This document shows positions 17,132 to 24,823 of a stretch of DNA of 32,000 nt, piece after piece; the stretch's first letter is position 1; each line of letters starts with the position of its first letter. The position numbers were made by a program, and so were the translations under genes. The notes beneath the pieces are model-generated. The model saw only the letters and a program-made list of their open reading frames with translations. It ran no database searches and was not told where the DNA came from. This stretch comes from Telmatocola sphagniphila (GTDB lineage: Bacteria > Planctomycetota > Planctomycetia > Gemmatales > Gemmataceae). The stretch covers positions 870,001-902,000 of the forward strand of contig NZ_CP074694.1 in the NCBI RefSeq assembly GCF_018398935.1. Reading direction: 5' to 3'.

Positions 17132-18088
17132 TTACTTCCCTTCAAAGCGGGTTTTGGCATACGCGGCCGCGCCGACAATCCCGGAATCGTCTCCGAGGGC
17201 CGCGGTGACGAATTTCACATCATTGGTGGCTTTCGGCAGCGAGTACTTCTGGGCGAATTCCCAGATCCGTTCGGTGAAGCTCTCACCGAGTGCGTGAGTA
17301 ACACCGCCGCCAATGACAATAATTTCGGGGCTCAGAAAATTGATGACACTGGCAATACTGCAGCCGATTGCACGCGAAGCATCTTCGACAATCTGTACGG
17401 CAATTGGATCATCGGCTTCGTAAAATTCCGAAAGACTCGAACTTTTCAGAGTCGGTAAAACGATGTCTTTCCAGGGTTTGCGAACTTTCTTAGGAGCGTC
17501 GTCCAGGAGTTCTTTGGCGCGTTTCATCATGTTTTTGCGCCCAGCGATATCTTCGAGTTCCGATCCGCGTCGCCAGTGAATGACGATATGCCCGATTTCG
17601 CCGGCATGGCCGTTGAAGCCGTGGTAGAGTTCGCCGTTGAGAATGAGTCCGCCGCCCACGCCGGTGCCTGCGAAGATTCCAAAAACGTTTTTAGCCCCCT
17701 TGGCGGCTCCCAGGGTCCATTCGCCGTAGGTTCCCATACGAACGTCGTTATCGACGATGACCGGCCATTTCCAAGCTTTGGGCATCAACGGCTTCAGGTC
17801 GTAGTCCCGCCAGTTGAGATTGGGAGCGTAGCGTACGAAACTGCTGTTGGGTTGAATCTGACCCGGCACGGCGAAGCCCATGCCACGAATTTCCGCAGTA
17901 TCGACCTTATTTTCTGTGATTAATTCCTGCACGCTTTCGGTAATACGCTGCAGAACCGCTTCCCCTCCCTGGTCGGCGTCGGTATGTTTTTTGATTTTGG
18001 AAATCAATTTCAGTTTGGAATCAAACAGCCCGGAGAGAATTTTGGTTCCACCCAGATCGATTCCAATCCAATAGGAATTTGCCATCAA
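17132..18088 (-). CDS. ROK family sugar kinase (glucokinase-like)
   Basis: The N-terminal ATP-binding motif is IGIDLGGTKI. The ROK signature region reads GHAGEIGH. It is 318 aa. Confidence 0.85.
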   Translation of the reverse strand: MMANSYWIGIDLGGTKILSGLFDSKLKLISKIKKHTDADQGGEAVLQRITESVQELITENKVDTAEIRGMGFAVPGQIQPNSSFVRYAPNLNWRDYDLKPLMPKAWKWPVIVDNDVRMGTYGEWTLGAAKGAKNVFGIFAGTGVGGGLILNGELYHGFNGHAGEIGHIVIHWRRGSELEDIAGRKNMMKRAKELLDDAPKKVRKPWKDIVLPTLKSSSLSEFYEADDPIAVQIVEDASRAIGCSIASVINFLSPEIIVIGGGVTHALGESFTERIWEFAQKYSLPKATNDVKFVTAALGDDSGIVGAAAYAKTRFEGK

Positions 18089-18161
18089 CGTACCTGCGGA
18101 GGGTAAGAATTTGAACGTACCTGAAAAGTCTTTTTAGCGATTTTGCAAAGATTTGAAGAGA

Positions 18162-18243
18162 TGGCCCAGGAGGGACTCGAACCCACACACCTTTTGGGTA
18201 CTCGATTTTGAATCGAGCGCGTCTGCCATTCCGCCACTAGGCC
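18162..18243 (-). tRNA. tRNA-Leu (anticodon CAA)
   Basis: I folded the cloverleaf by hand. The acceptor stem is GGCCTAG/CTGGGCC with one G-U pair. The D stem is GCG/CGC. The anticodon stem CTCGA/TCGAG carries the loop TT-CAA-AA. The long variable arm is TACCCAAAAGGTGT. The T arm is GTGGG-TTCGAGT-CCCTC and the discriminator is A. CCA is not encoded. Confidence 0.9.
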
Positions 18244-18429
18244 ATGTTCTGAAAAGATACCTGTCTTTGGGCGAAAGGACAAGAGACGAAATGAACGGGT
18301 TCGCAGTTTTCTCCGTAATGACTGGATAACACTTTAATTTCCTTCCGTCCCTTGTTTCAGACCATGGGGCAGATAGAAAAGTTAAACCGAGAAAGACTAG
18401 TGAAATTTAGAATATTTGGAGGATTCAGC

Positions 18430-19482
18430 GTGTTGAAACTGCGATTGGCCTCTTTGCTTGGGCTGATGCTTCTGTTCGGGGTTACCTTCTCGCAAGCTCA
18501 AGAAGCCAAAAAAGACGCTGCGAAGAAGGACCCACCCAAAGTCGAGCCTAAAGCCGAACCCAAAGCGGAAGCCAAGGCGCCCACCCCTTCGGCCGATGGG
18601 AAAGTGGACTTCACCTGGAAACTGGAAAAAGACAAGGTTTTCTACCAATCCACCACCACTTCCACGACCCAGAGCATCAAAGTGATGGGCATGGATGTGA
18701 ACCAGACTCAGGAACAGGTTTTCTACTTCAAATGGCAGCCATTGAAGGAAGAAGGCAAAAAGTGGACGATCAAGCAGACTATCGAAGGTCTGAAGATGAA
18801 GATCGATCTGGCGGGTAATCCGATCGCCTTCGACTCCGAAACTTCTGCTCCCGCCGGCTCCCAGACCCAGCTCTCCGACTTCTTCAAATCCTTGAAAAAC
18901 AGCGAGTTTGTGCTGACGCTCAACGAAAAGATGAAAGTGGAAAAGGTAGAAGGTCGCGAAGAGTTTCTGAAGAAGCTGGGCCAGGCTAATGCTCAGATGG
19001 AAGCTCTTTTGAAAACCATTCTGACTGAAGATGCCATGAAGCAGGTGACCGATCCTACCTTTGGCTTCATTCCGCCGGAACCCAAGAAGATTGGCGAAAG
19101 CTGGAAGGTCACTACGACCCTCAATCTGGGACCGATTGGGACTTACGACAACACCTCTACCTACACCTACAAGGCCAAGGAATCCGACGAAAGACATATC
19201 ATTGAAGTGGTTTCCGAAGTGACCTACAAGGCTCCGACCGATAATAGCGCCGGCCTGCCTTTCAAGATCAAATCGGCCGACCTGAAGACCAAAGATAAGA
19301 CTCCTGGTCAGATCGTTTACAACGCCAAAGCCGGCCGTGTGGACGAAGCTCGCATGGTTCTGAAAATTACGGGCAGCATGAAGATTGAAATCGGCGGTAA
19401 CGAGACCCCGGTGGAACTCAATCAGGATCAGACCACTGTCGTTAAGATTTCCGACAAGAGCTTTGTGACTGAAAAGAAGTAA
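18430..19482 (+). CDS. Hypothetical secreted protein
   Basis: I chose the GTG start at 18430, which is preceded by GGAGGA with 6-nt spacing. The signal peptide is LKLRLASLLGLMLLFGVTFSQAQE, followed by a K/P/A/E-rich linker (KVEPKAEPKAEAKAP) and a beta-rich body. I recognise no family. Confidence 0.7.
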   Translation: MLKLRLASLLGLMLLFGVTFSQAQEAKKDAAKKDPPKVEPKAEPKAEAKAPTPSADGKVDFTWKLEKDKVFYQSTTTSTTQSIKVMGMDVNQTQEQVFYFKWQPLKEEGKKWTIKQTIEGLKMKIDLAGNPIAFDSETSAPAGSQTQLSDFFKSLKNSEFVLTLNEKMKVEKVEGREEFLKKLGQANAQMEALLKTILTEDAMKQVTDPTFGFIPPEPKKIGESWKVTTTLNLGPIGTYDNTSTYTYKAKESDERHIIEVVSEVTYKAPTDNSAGLPFKIKSADLKTKDKTPGQIVYNAKAGRVDEARMVLKITGSMKIEIGGNETPVELNQDQTTVVKISDKSFVTEKK

Positions 19483-19517
19483 TTGCGGACTTTCGTAAGC
19501 TAAACTAATTGAAACTT

Positions 19518-19543
19518 AGGGGTGCCGATGGCACCCCTTTTTC
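19518..19543 (+). terminator. Intrinsic terminator
   Basis: AGGGGTGCC-GAT-GGCACCCCT is followed by TTTTTCG, 36 nt after the stop codon. Confidence 0.75.
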
Positions 19544-19564
19544 GTTGCGGGAGGTCGGATTTCC

Positions 19565-20440
19565 ATGCGATATGCAATAATCGGCTCGGCCGGGCAACTT
19601 GGGACAGCGCTTCAAAAATTACTCGGGAATCAGGCCATTCCCTTGACGCGGGCCGATTTTGACGCTATCGACGCGGCTTCCCTGCGACGCAAATTGACCG
19701 AACTTCAGCCTACTCATCTGATCAATTGCTCTGCCTACAATTTCGTGGATAAAGCGGAACAGGAACCTGAAGTAGCCTTCCGGTCCAACGCCTGGGCCGT
19801 ACGCGATATGGCCACGATTTGCTCGGAATTGAGCGCAAAATTCGTCCATGTCAGTACCGATTACGTGTTCGGTTTAGACACTACCCGAACGATTCCTTTT
19901 CGAGAGACAGACGCTCCTGGGCCTGTGAGCGTTTATGGGGTTAGCAAATTGACCGGGGAGTATTTCGCGCAGACTTACTCCGCGAATCACCTGGTTATTC
20001 GCACCTGTGGACTCTATGGCGTTCGCCAGGTGCAAAGTGGCAAGGGCACGAACTTCGTGGATACCATGCGGAATCTGGCCCGGGCCGGTAAGGCCTTAAA
20101 AGTGATTAACGATCAGCACTGCACTCCGAGTTTCGTGGAGCATGTCGCCCAGGCCTTGGTGGAGATGCTCCACAACGACTTAAAGGGGCTTTATCACGTC
20201 ACTAACAGTGGCCAGACAAACTGGTATGAATTTGCGAAGACGATTTTCGAACTCAGCGGTATCCAGGCCAATCTCAGCCCCACAACCGCGGCTGAATATG
20301 CCAATCAATTTCCTATCGAAAAACGGCCCGCCCGAAGGCCGGGATATTCCGTGCTCTCCTGCGATAAGCTTCTCGCTGGAAATGTTAAGCAACTTCCGGA
20401 CTGGCGGGCAGGTCTGGCCGATTATCTGAAATCCGTCTAA
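19565..20440 (+). CDS. rfbD: dTDP-4-dehydrorhamnose reductase
   Basis: 291 aa. The N-terminal Rossmann motif is IIGSAGQLG. STDYVF and YGVSKLTGE (YxxxK) are typical of the RmlD/RfbD family. Confidence 0.85.
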   Translation: MRYAIIGSAGQLGTALQKLLGNQAIPLTRADFDAIDAASLRRKLTELQPTHLINCSAYNFVDKAEQEPEVAFRSNAWAVRDMATICSELSAKFVHVSTDYVFGLDTTRTIPFRETDAPGPVSVYGVSKLTGEYFAQTYSANHLVIRTCGLYGVRQVQSGKGTNFVDTMRNLARAGKALKVINDQHCTPSFVEHVAQALVEMLHNDLKGLYHVTNSGQTNWYEFAKTIFELSGIQANLSPTTAAEYANQFPIEKRPARRPGYSVLSCDKLLAGNVKQLPDWRAGLADYLKSV

Positions 20441-20461
20441 TGATAATTGTGATAAAATAGC

Positions 20462-20490
20462 TTGCAAGTAGTGCTATATTATTTTATAAT
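20462..20490 (+). promoter_or_regulatory. Sigma-70-type promoter of the feo operon
   Basis: TTGCAA (20462-20467), an exact 17-nt spacer, then TATAAT (20485-20490). It lies 35 nt upstream of the feoA ATG in an AT-rich gap. Confidence 0.55.
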
Positions 20491-20494
20491 ACAT

Positions 20495-20513
20495 ATTGAG
20501 AATCAATCTCAAT
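20495..20513. promoter_or_regulatory. 19-bp Fur-box-like palindromic operator
   Basis: ATTGAGAATCAATCTCAAT is a 9-1-9 inverted repeat with one mismatch and perfect 7-bp outer arms (ATTGAGA/TCTCAAT). It sits immediately downstream of the -10 box. A second Fur-box-like AT-rich motif, TGATAATTGTGATAAAAT, lies at 20441-20458. Confidence 0.45.
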
Positions 20514-20524
20514 AAGATAGAATC

Positions 20525-20752
20525 ATGAAACCACTATCGAAAATCGAAATTGGTAAGTGTTGTCGAGTCGTGGGCATCGAGGGCCAACCCGATCTTTGCC
20601 AGCGATTGATGGAAATGGGGATCTGCGAAGGGGATAAAGTCTCCGTGGTGCGTAAAGCCCCCTTGGGTGATCCCACCGAATATCATTTTGGCTGCAACCG
20701 CATTAGCCTCCGGCAAGTGGAAGCCTCAGCCATTCTGGTGGAGCCGACCTGA
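20525..20752 (+). CDS. feoA: Ferrous iron transport protein A (FeoA family)
   Basis: 75 aa. It follows the FeoA SH3-like pattern (RLMEMGICEGDKVSVVRKAPLGDP...ISLRQVEASAILVEP) and lies directly upstream of feoB. Confidence 0.85.
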   Translation: MKPLSKIEIGKCCRVVGIEGQPDLCQRLMEMGICEGDKVSVVRKAPLGDPTEYHFGCNRISLRQVEASAILVEPT

Positions 20753-20757
20753 AGTTC

Positions 20758-22965
20758 ATGACCGGGACAAAAAAAATACGTGTGGCGCTTCTCGGGAATC
20801 CAAACACCGGTAAGACGACACTGTTTAATGCCCTAACCGGTTTAAAGCAGCATGTAGGGAACTATCCCGGCATCACGATCGAAATCAAAACCGGCATTTC
20901 CCGTTTTGAAGATGTTGAATTCGAAGTAATCGATTTACCTGGCACTTATAGCCTCGCGGCTCGCTCTCCGGATGAGTTGATTGCCCTGGAATTACTTCTG
21001 GGTTTAAGGCCGGGCGAAGCGCCTCCCGACGCGATAATTTCCATAGTCGATGCGACGAACTTGGAACGGCATCTCTATCTGGCCGGGCAACTTTTCGACT
21101 TGCAGATTCCGATGGTTATGGCCGTCAATTTTATTGATGAAGCCAAGGCTAAAGGAATTGAAATCGAGTTCGAGCATCTCAGCGAACGGCTCGGTATCGC
21201 CGTTATCCCGATCCAGGCAAACAAAGGCATCAATCTCGATCGGTTGAAGTCCGCGCTCTATTCGGCCGTCCTCGATAAACGCATTCCCGACAAACTGCCT
21301 GCTCCCGAAGAGTTCGAACAGGCCAAGAAAAAATTGCACGTTCTACTCCCGACTGCGCCCCCCGTGCTGGTGCGACGACTTTTGATCGACGTTGGCGGGT
21401 ATCTGGAAAAAACCTATCTGCCGCGAACCAATCTGGAATTTCGCGAGGAACTCGCAGCAAGTCGGGACAGACTGGCCACTTTCGGGCATGCACTTCCCAC
21501 GGCGGATGTACGCCGGCGATTCGATCAGATTCGGCACATTCTCAAGGGAATTATTACCCGACCGGATGTCCACGTCCGACAGTTCCGGGATCGTCTCGAT
21601 GCCATCTTTACCCATAAAGTGTGGGGGACGCTGGTCTTCTTCCTGGCAATGTTCTGCCTGTTCCAATCGATTTTCAGTTGGGCCGAACCGGCGAAATCGG
21701 TTATTGAGTTCGGTCAGGATTGGCTGACGAGACAAGTGGAATCGGCCATGTCCGCCGGCCCGCTTCGCTCTTTACTTTCCGAAGGAATCATTAAAGGGGT
21801 GGGCAGCGTTCTGGTTTTCCTTCCCCAGATTCTGGTACTGTTTGTTTTCATTAGCGTTATGGAAGACTGCGGCTATCTGGCACGAGCAGCCTTCCTGATG
21901 GACAAATTGATGTCCGGCTGCGGGTTACACGGTCGGTCTTTCATTCCGCTGCTGTCTTCGCTCGCTTGCGCAGTTCCGGGCATTATGTCGACCCGGGTGA
22001 TCGAAAACCATCGGGATCGCCTGACGACGATTCTGGTCGCCCCGTTGATGAGTTGTTCGGCCCGCCTGCCGCTGTACGTTTTGATTATCGGCACTTTCCT
22101 TTCAGATCCCTGGTGGCTGCCCGGCCTGACGTTATTTGGAGTTTATCTGCTCGGCTTCATAGCCGCACCGCTGTTCGCACTGCTATTTAAACGGACGATT
22201 CTCCGCGGTCCGAGGCCGTTATTTGTGATGGAAATGCCACCGTTACGGCGACCGACTCTTCGAAATGTCTTCCGGCGGGTCTACGATGCGGGGAGGGCTT
22301 TTGTAATGCGAGCCGGTACAGTGATTCTCGCCGCCATGATTCTGGTTTGGGCTTCGCTTTACTTCCCGAATAAAGATTTAAATGGGGTTCCCTACGAAGA
22401 TCACCTCGAATTGATTTCCGAGAAGATCGATCATGCGAAAGAGCAGGGGGCCGAAGGAGAGGCGACCGTCGAAAAGCTGGAGGAAGAGAAAAATCAACTC
22501 TTCTACAATTGGCGAAAAGAAAGTTACCTGGGCCGAGTCGGACAGTGGATGGAACCGGTATTTCGACCTCTGGGTTGGGATTGGAAGATCGGCGTTGCAG
22601 CTTTGGCCAGTTTCCCTGCTCGGGAAGTGGTGGTAGGAACTCTCGGGATCCTTTATAAGCAGGGCGAAGTTGAAACGAAGGATCAGCAGATTTCTGAAGT
22701 GGGGGAGACGCCGCTGGCCAAAGCGATTCGAAGCGACTGGAGCGAGGAGCCAAGCCGCAACAAGTACCGCATTGCTACTGCCGTCTCATTGATCGTTTTC
22801 TTCGCGTTCTGCTGCCAATGCGTTTCCACGCTGGCGGTCATCCGCCGCGAGACGCAATCCTTACTGTGGCCGACCTTTACATTCGTTTATATGACTGCTT
22901 TGGCTTACCTGGCGTCGATGGCTACCTTCCAGATCGGTCGGCTTATTATCGACAGGAGTGTATGA
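20758..22965 (+). CDS. feoB: Ferrous iron transporter FeoB
   Basis: 735 aa. The N-terminal G-domain has ALLGNPNTGKTTLFNALTG and DLPGTYSL. A polytopic membrane domain follows. Confidence 0.95.
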   Translation: MTGTKKIRVALLGNPNTGKTTLFNALTGLKQHVGNYPGITIEIKTGISRFEDVEFEVIDLPGTYSLAARSPDELIALELLLGLRPGEAPPDAIISIVDATNLERHLYLAGQLFDLQIPMVMAVNFIDEAKAKGIEIEFEHLSERLGIAVIPIQANKGINLDRLKSALYSAVLDKRIPDKLPAPEEFEQAKKKLHVLLPTAPPVLVRRLLIDVGGYLEKTYLPRTNLEFREELAASRDRLATFGHALPTADVRRRFDQIRHILKGIITRPDVHVRQFRDRLDAIFTHKVWGTLVFFLAMFCLFQSIFSWAEPAKSVIEFGQDWLTRQVESAMSAGPLRSLLSEGIIKGVGSVLVFLPQILVLFVFISVMEDCGYLARAAFLMDKLMSGCGLHGRSFIPLLSSLACAVPGIMSTRVIENHRDRLTTILVAPLMSCSARLPLYVLIIGTFLSDPWWLPGLTLFGVYLLGFIAAPLFALLFKRTILRGPRPLFVMEMPPLRRPTLRNVFRRVYDAGRAFVMRAGTVILAAMILVWASLYFPNKDLNGVPYEDHLELISEKIDHAKEQGAEGEATVEKLEEEKNQLFYNWRKESYLGRVGQWMEPVFRPLGWDWKIGVAALASFPAREVVVGTLGILYKQGEVETKDQQISEVGETPLAKAIRSDWSEEPSRNKYRIATAVSLIVFFAFCCQCVSTLAVIRRETQSLLWPTFTFVYMTALAYLASMATFQIGRLIIDRSV

Positions 22966-23144
22966 CCATGCTCGACTGGCAAACCGCGATAACTGGTACT
23001 CTGATACTCGGGGCCGCCCTGTTTGTAATCCGGCAGTTCTATCTGTCGCTATTTGGCGGTCGAAGTGCTTGTGCCAGTTGCGGCAATTGTTCGAACAAAT
23101 TTCCGGAACCGGTTCAGGATTCCCGGCGGATTTCCCTGCTCTAA
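22962..23144 (+). CDS. FeoB-associated Cys-rich membrane protein
   Basis: 60 aa, with one TM helix (ITGTLILGAALFVIRQFYLSLF) followed by CASCGNC. Its start forms an ATGA overlap with the feoB stop; an alternative ATG lies at 22968. The long listed ORF from 22818 lies inside feoB and was rejected. Confidence 0.6.
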   Translation: MTMLDWQTAITGTLILGAALFVIRQFYLSLFGGRSACASCGNCSNKFPEPVQDSRRISLL

Positions 23145-23794
23145 TTCGTCTGTTCCGAGACGCTCTTCCACCATTGCTTCACGGTGTATTCGGCCGACTT
23201 GCGTAATGGCTCGAAGGATTCCTTGGTCGATTCTCCCATGCTGGTGAAAGCTACCGAAATCGGTTGCCAGGATGGAATCGCATCCGAAGCCCGAAAAGAC
23301 TTGATTTTCAACAGTTTGGAAGGGATCTCCAAGGGGGTTTCCGCGGCACGCAAAGTCGCGGTAGCAACATCGTTGCCGATTGTCTCCCATTGCTTCAGGG
23401 CGGATTTCAGATCTTCGGCCTTGGTGTTTGGAGGCTTAATCGAGACGTCATTGTTCCTGGCCGGTCGTTCCCGCAGATAGACGGCGATAGCGAGAGCCGC
23501 GGCCACGGCGAAAGCACCGAATGTCATCCTCTGAACCCGAATCCAGCGATCCCTTTGCAATCGAGTCATTACGAAAGCGGAAGTCACACGCTTTGGTGGG
23601 CGCGGGGTCGATTGGTATTCTGGCAGTCGCGACAAAATCGCGAAGCCCTTCTGAATCGATTGACAGCGATCGCAGGACTCCAGGTGGTCTTTCGAAAGGG
23701 CCGAAAGCTCCCGGGCATCGCCATCCAGAATGAGATTCCATTCCTGGTCGAAGGCGGAGCAAGCCGTTGGGTTTTTGTTAAATTCGGACATCAT
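23141..23794 (-). CDS. Anti-sigma factor (zf-HC2-type, single-pass membrane protein)
   Basis: The HLESCDRC motif (H-x3-C-x2-C) sits near the N-terminus and the central TM helix is FGAFAVAAALAIAVYL. The gene overlaps the 3' end of the ECF sigma gene by 17 nt. Confidence 0.7.
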   Translation of the reverse strand: MMSEFNKNPTACSAFDQEWNLILDGDARELSALSKDHLESCDRCQSIQKGFAILSRLPEYQSTPRPPKRVTSAFVMTRLQRDRWIRVQRMTFGAFAVAAALAIAVYLRERPARNNDVSIKPPNTKAEDLKSALKQWETIGNDVATATLRAAETPLEIPSKLLKIKSFRASDAIPSWQPISVAFTSMGESTKESFEPLRKSAEYTVKQWWKSVSEQTN

Positions 23795-24335
23795 TTTGAG
23801 ATATTTCCAGCATTCCGCGGGATCGCAGAGTTTCCAACACTTCTAATCGGGCACGGTGCAACCAGGTCTTAATCGTTCCAACAGGCTTGCCAATGGCCTC
23901 TGAAATGGAGAGGTAATCGAGAGCTTCCTCGTGGTAAAGAATGAAAACCTGACGGTAATCTTCTCGGAGAAGTTTCACAGCCCGGGAGATTTCTCTCGCC
24001 ATTTCATTCGATTCTTCGCCAGTTTTCCGGTCTGCCAATTCACTATCGCTTTCCAACTGAACGGTCGATTTTCGCCGGCTCGAAAGCCAGGTGCGACAGC
24101 GGTTGGCTGTAACCTGAAGAATCCAGGGTTTCAGCGGGCGGCTGGAATCCCATCGGTGCAAATAGCGGAAAATCCTCAGGAACGATTCCTGATAGATATC
24201 TTCGGCATCCGAACGATTGCCCAGCATCCTAAAACAGAGGCGGAAAACATCATCGTGAAATCGTTGGATGAAATCGGTGAACGCCTGAGACTCTTTACGC
24301 AGGCAGGCCGCGACCAGTGTCTCTTCGCTTTGCAC
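23778..24335 (-). CDS. RNA polymerase ECF-type sigma factor
   Basis: 185 aa. Region 2 reads DAEDIYQESFLRIF...PWILQVTANRCRTW. The region 4 HTH reads LSISEAIGKPVGTIKTWLHRAR. It uses a GTG start. Confidence 0.9.
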   Translation of the reverse strand: MQSEETLVAACLRKESQAFTDFIQRFHDDVFRLCFRMLGNRSDAEDIYQESFLRIFRYLHRWDSSRPLKPWILQVTANRCRTWLSSRRKSTVQLESDSELADRKTGEESNEMAREISRAVKLLREDYRQVFILYHEEALDYLSISEAIGKPVGTIKTWLHRARLEVLETLRSRGMLEISQNDVRI

Positions 24336-24388
24336 GGTTCTTCCTAGATAGGATTACCTGAGGGGAGGGGAGCTAAGTTTCAAAAAAA

Positions 24389-24643
24389 TTACTTTCGCTG
24401 GGCATCGCGCAAAAGATCCATCACTTCCTGGGGTTCAGCTTCCCGAAGTGTCTTACCGCGCTTTTCGAGGGCTTCCTCGAACCGAATGGCCGTTTCCTGC
24501 ATGCGTTCGTGGGTTTCCGCCGAACCGCCGATCAGAAGAAACTGTTCCGATTGAGTGATGCGCTTTTGATTGTCCGTACCATCCAGACCGACACCCAAAA
24601 GCCCCACAACTTCGACCTTACTCTTTTCTAACCGATTATGCAT
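24389..24643 (-). CDS. Small hypothetical protein (84 aa) heading the ECF sigma operon
   Basis: The ORF has a perfect TATAAT about 30 nt upstream on the minus strand (reverse complement of 24673-24678). It ends 53 nt before the sigma gene start. It is hydrophilic, includes GGSAETHERMQE, and matches no family I recognise. Confidence 0.55.
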   Translation of the reverse strand: MHNRLEKSKVEVVGLLGVGLDGTDNQKRITQSEQFLLIGGSAETHERMQETAIRFEEALEKRGKTLREAEPQEVMDLLRDAQRK

Positions 24644-24688
24644 GGTAAACCTTTCCCAGGAGGTATCTCAAAATTATACTTCACTCTC

Positions 24689-24731
24689 GGAACTTCGGTA
24701 GGCAAATAATAGTCGGGAACTCTAGGCAAAT
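24689..24731 (+). promoter_or_regulatory. Tandem GGAACT...TAGGCAAAT repeat; the first copy fits an ECF-type promoter (GGAACTT-N16-GTC)
   Basis: GGAACTTCGGTAGGCAAAT lies at 24689-24707 and GGAACTCTAGGCAAAT at 24716-24731. GTC at 24712 lies 16 nt after GGAACTT. The orientation points towards the FHA-GAF-PP2C gene. Confidence 0.3.
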
Positions 24732-24823
24732 CCCGGAAATAGCGTGTTGCAGATAAGGCCTTCAAGCGTTACGATAGCTCCATCTATTTATTCTCTATTA
24801 ATTCACCGGTATTTGAGTCGATC

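Noticed and set aside
16733-17458. 241-aa plus-strand ORF spanning the IMPase/ROK junction
   Set aside because: It is antisense to two well-supported genes, crosses their intergenic gap, and has no motifs.
18085-18282. 65-aa minus-strand ORF
   Set aside because: It overlaps the tRNA-Leu(CAA) gene almost completely, and the tRNA fold explains the sequence.
18352-18429. N-terminal extension of the secreted-protein ORF
   Set aside because: The GTG at 18430 has a GGAGGA SD at ideal spacing and starts directly at the signal peptide.
18397-19197. 266-aa minus-strand ORF
   Set aside because: It is antisense to the secreted-protein gene, which has a strong SD, a signal peptide and a terminator. 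The antisense product is G/F/L/R-rich low complexity.
22818-22961. N-terminal extension of the small Cys-rich ORF
   Set aside because: It lies inside feoB in another frame. Only the last 60 codons form the TM plus CxxCxxC mini-protein.
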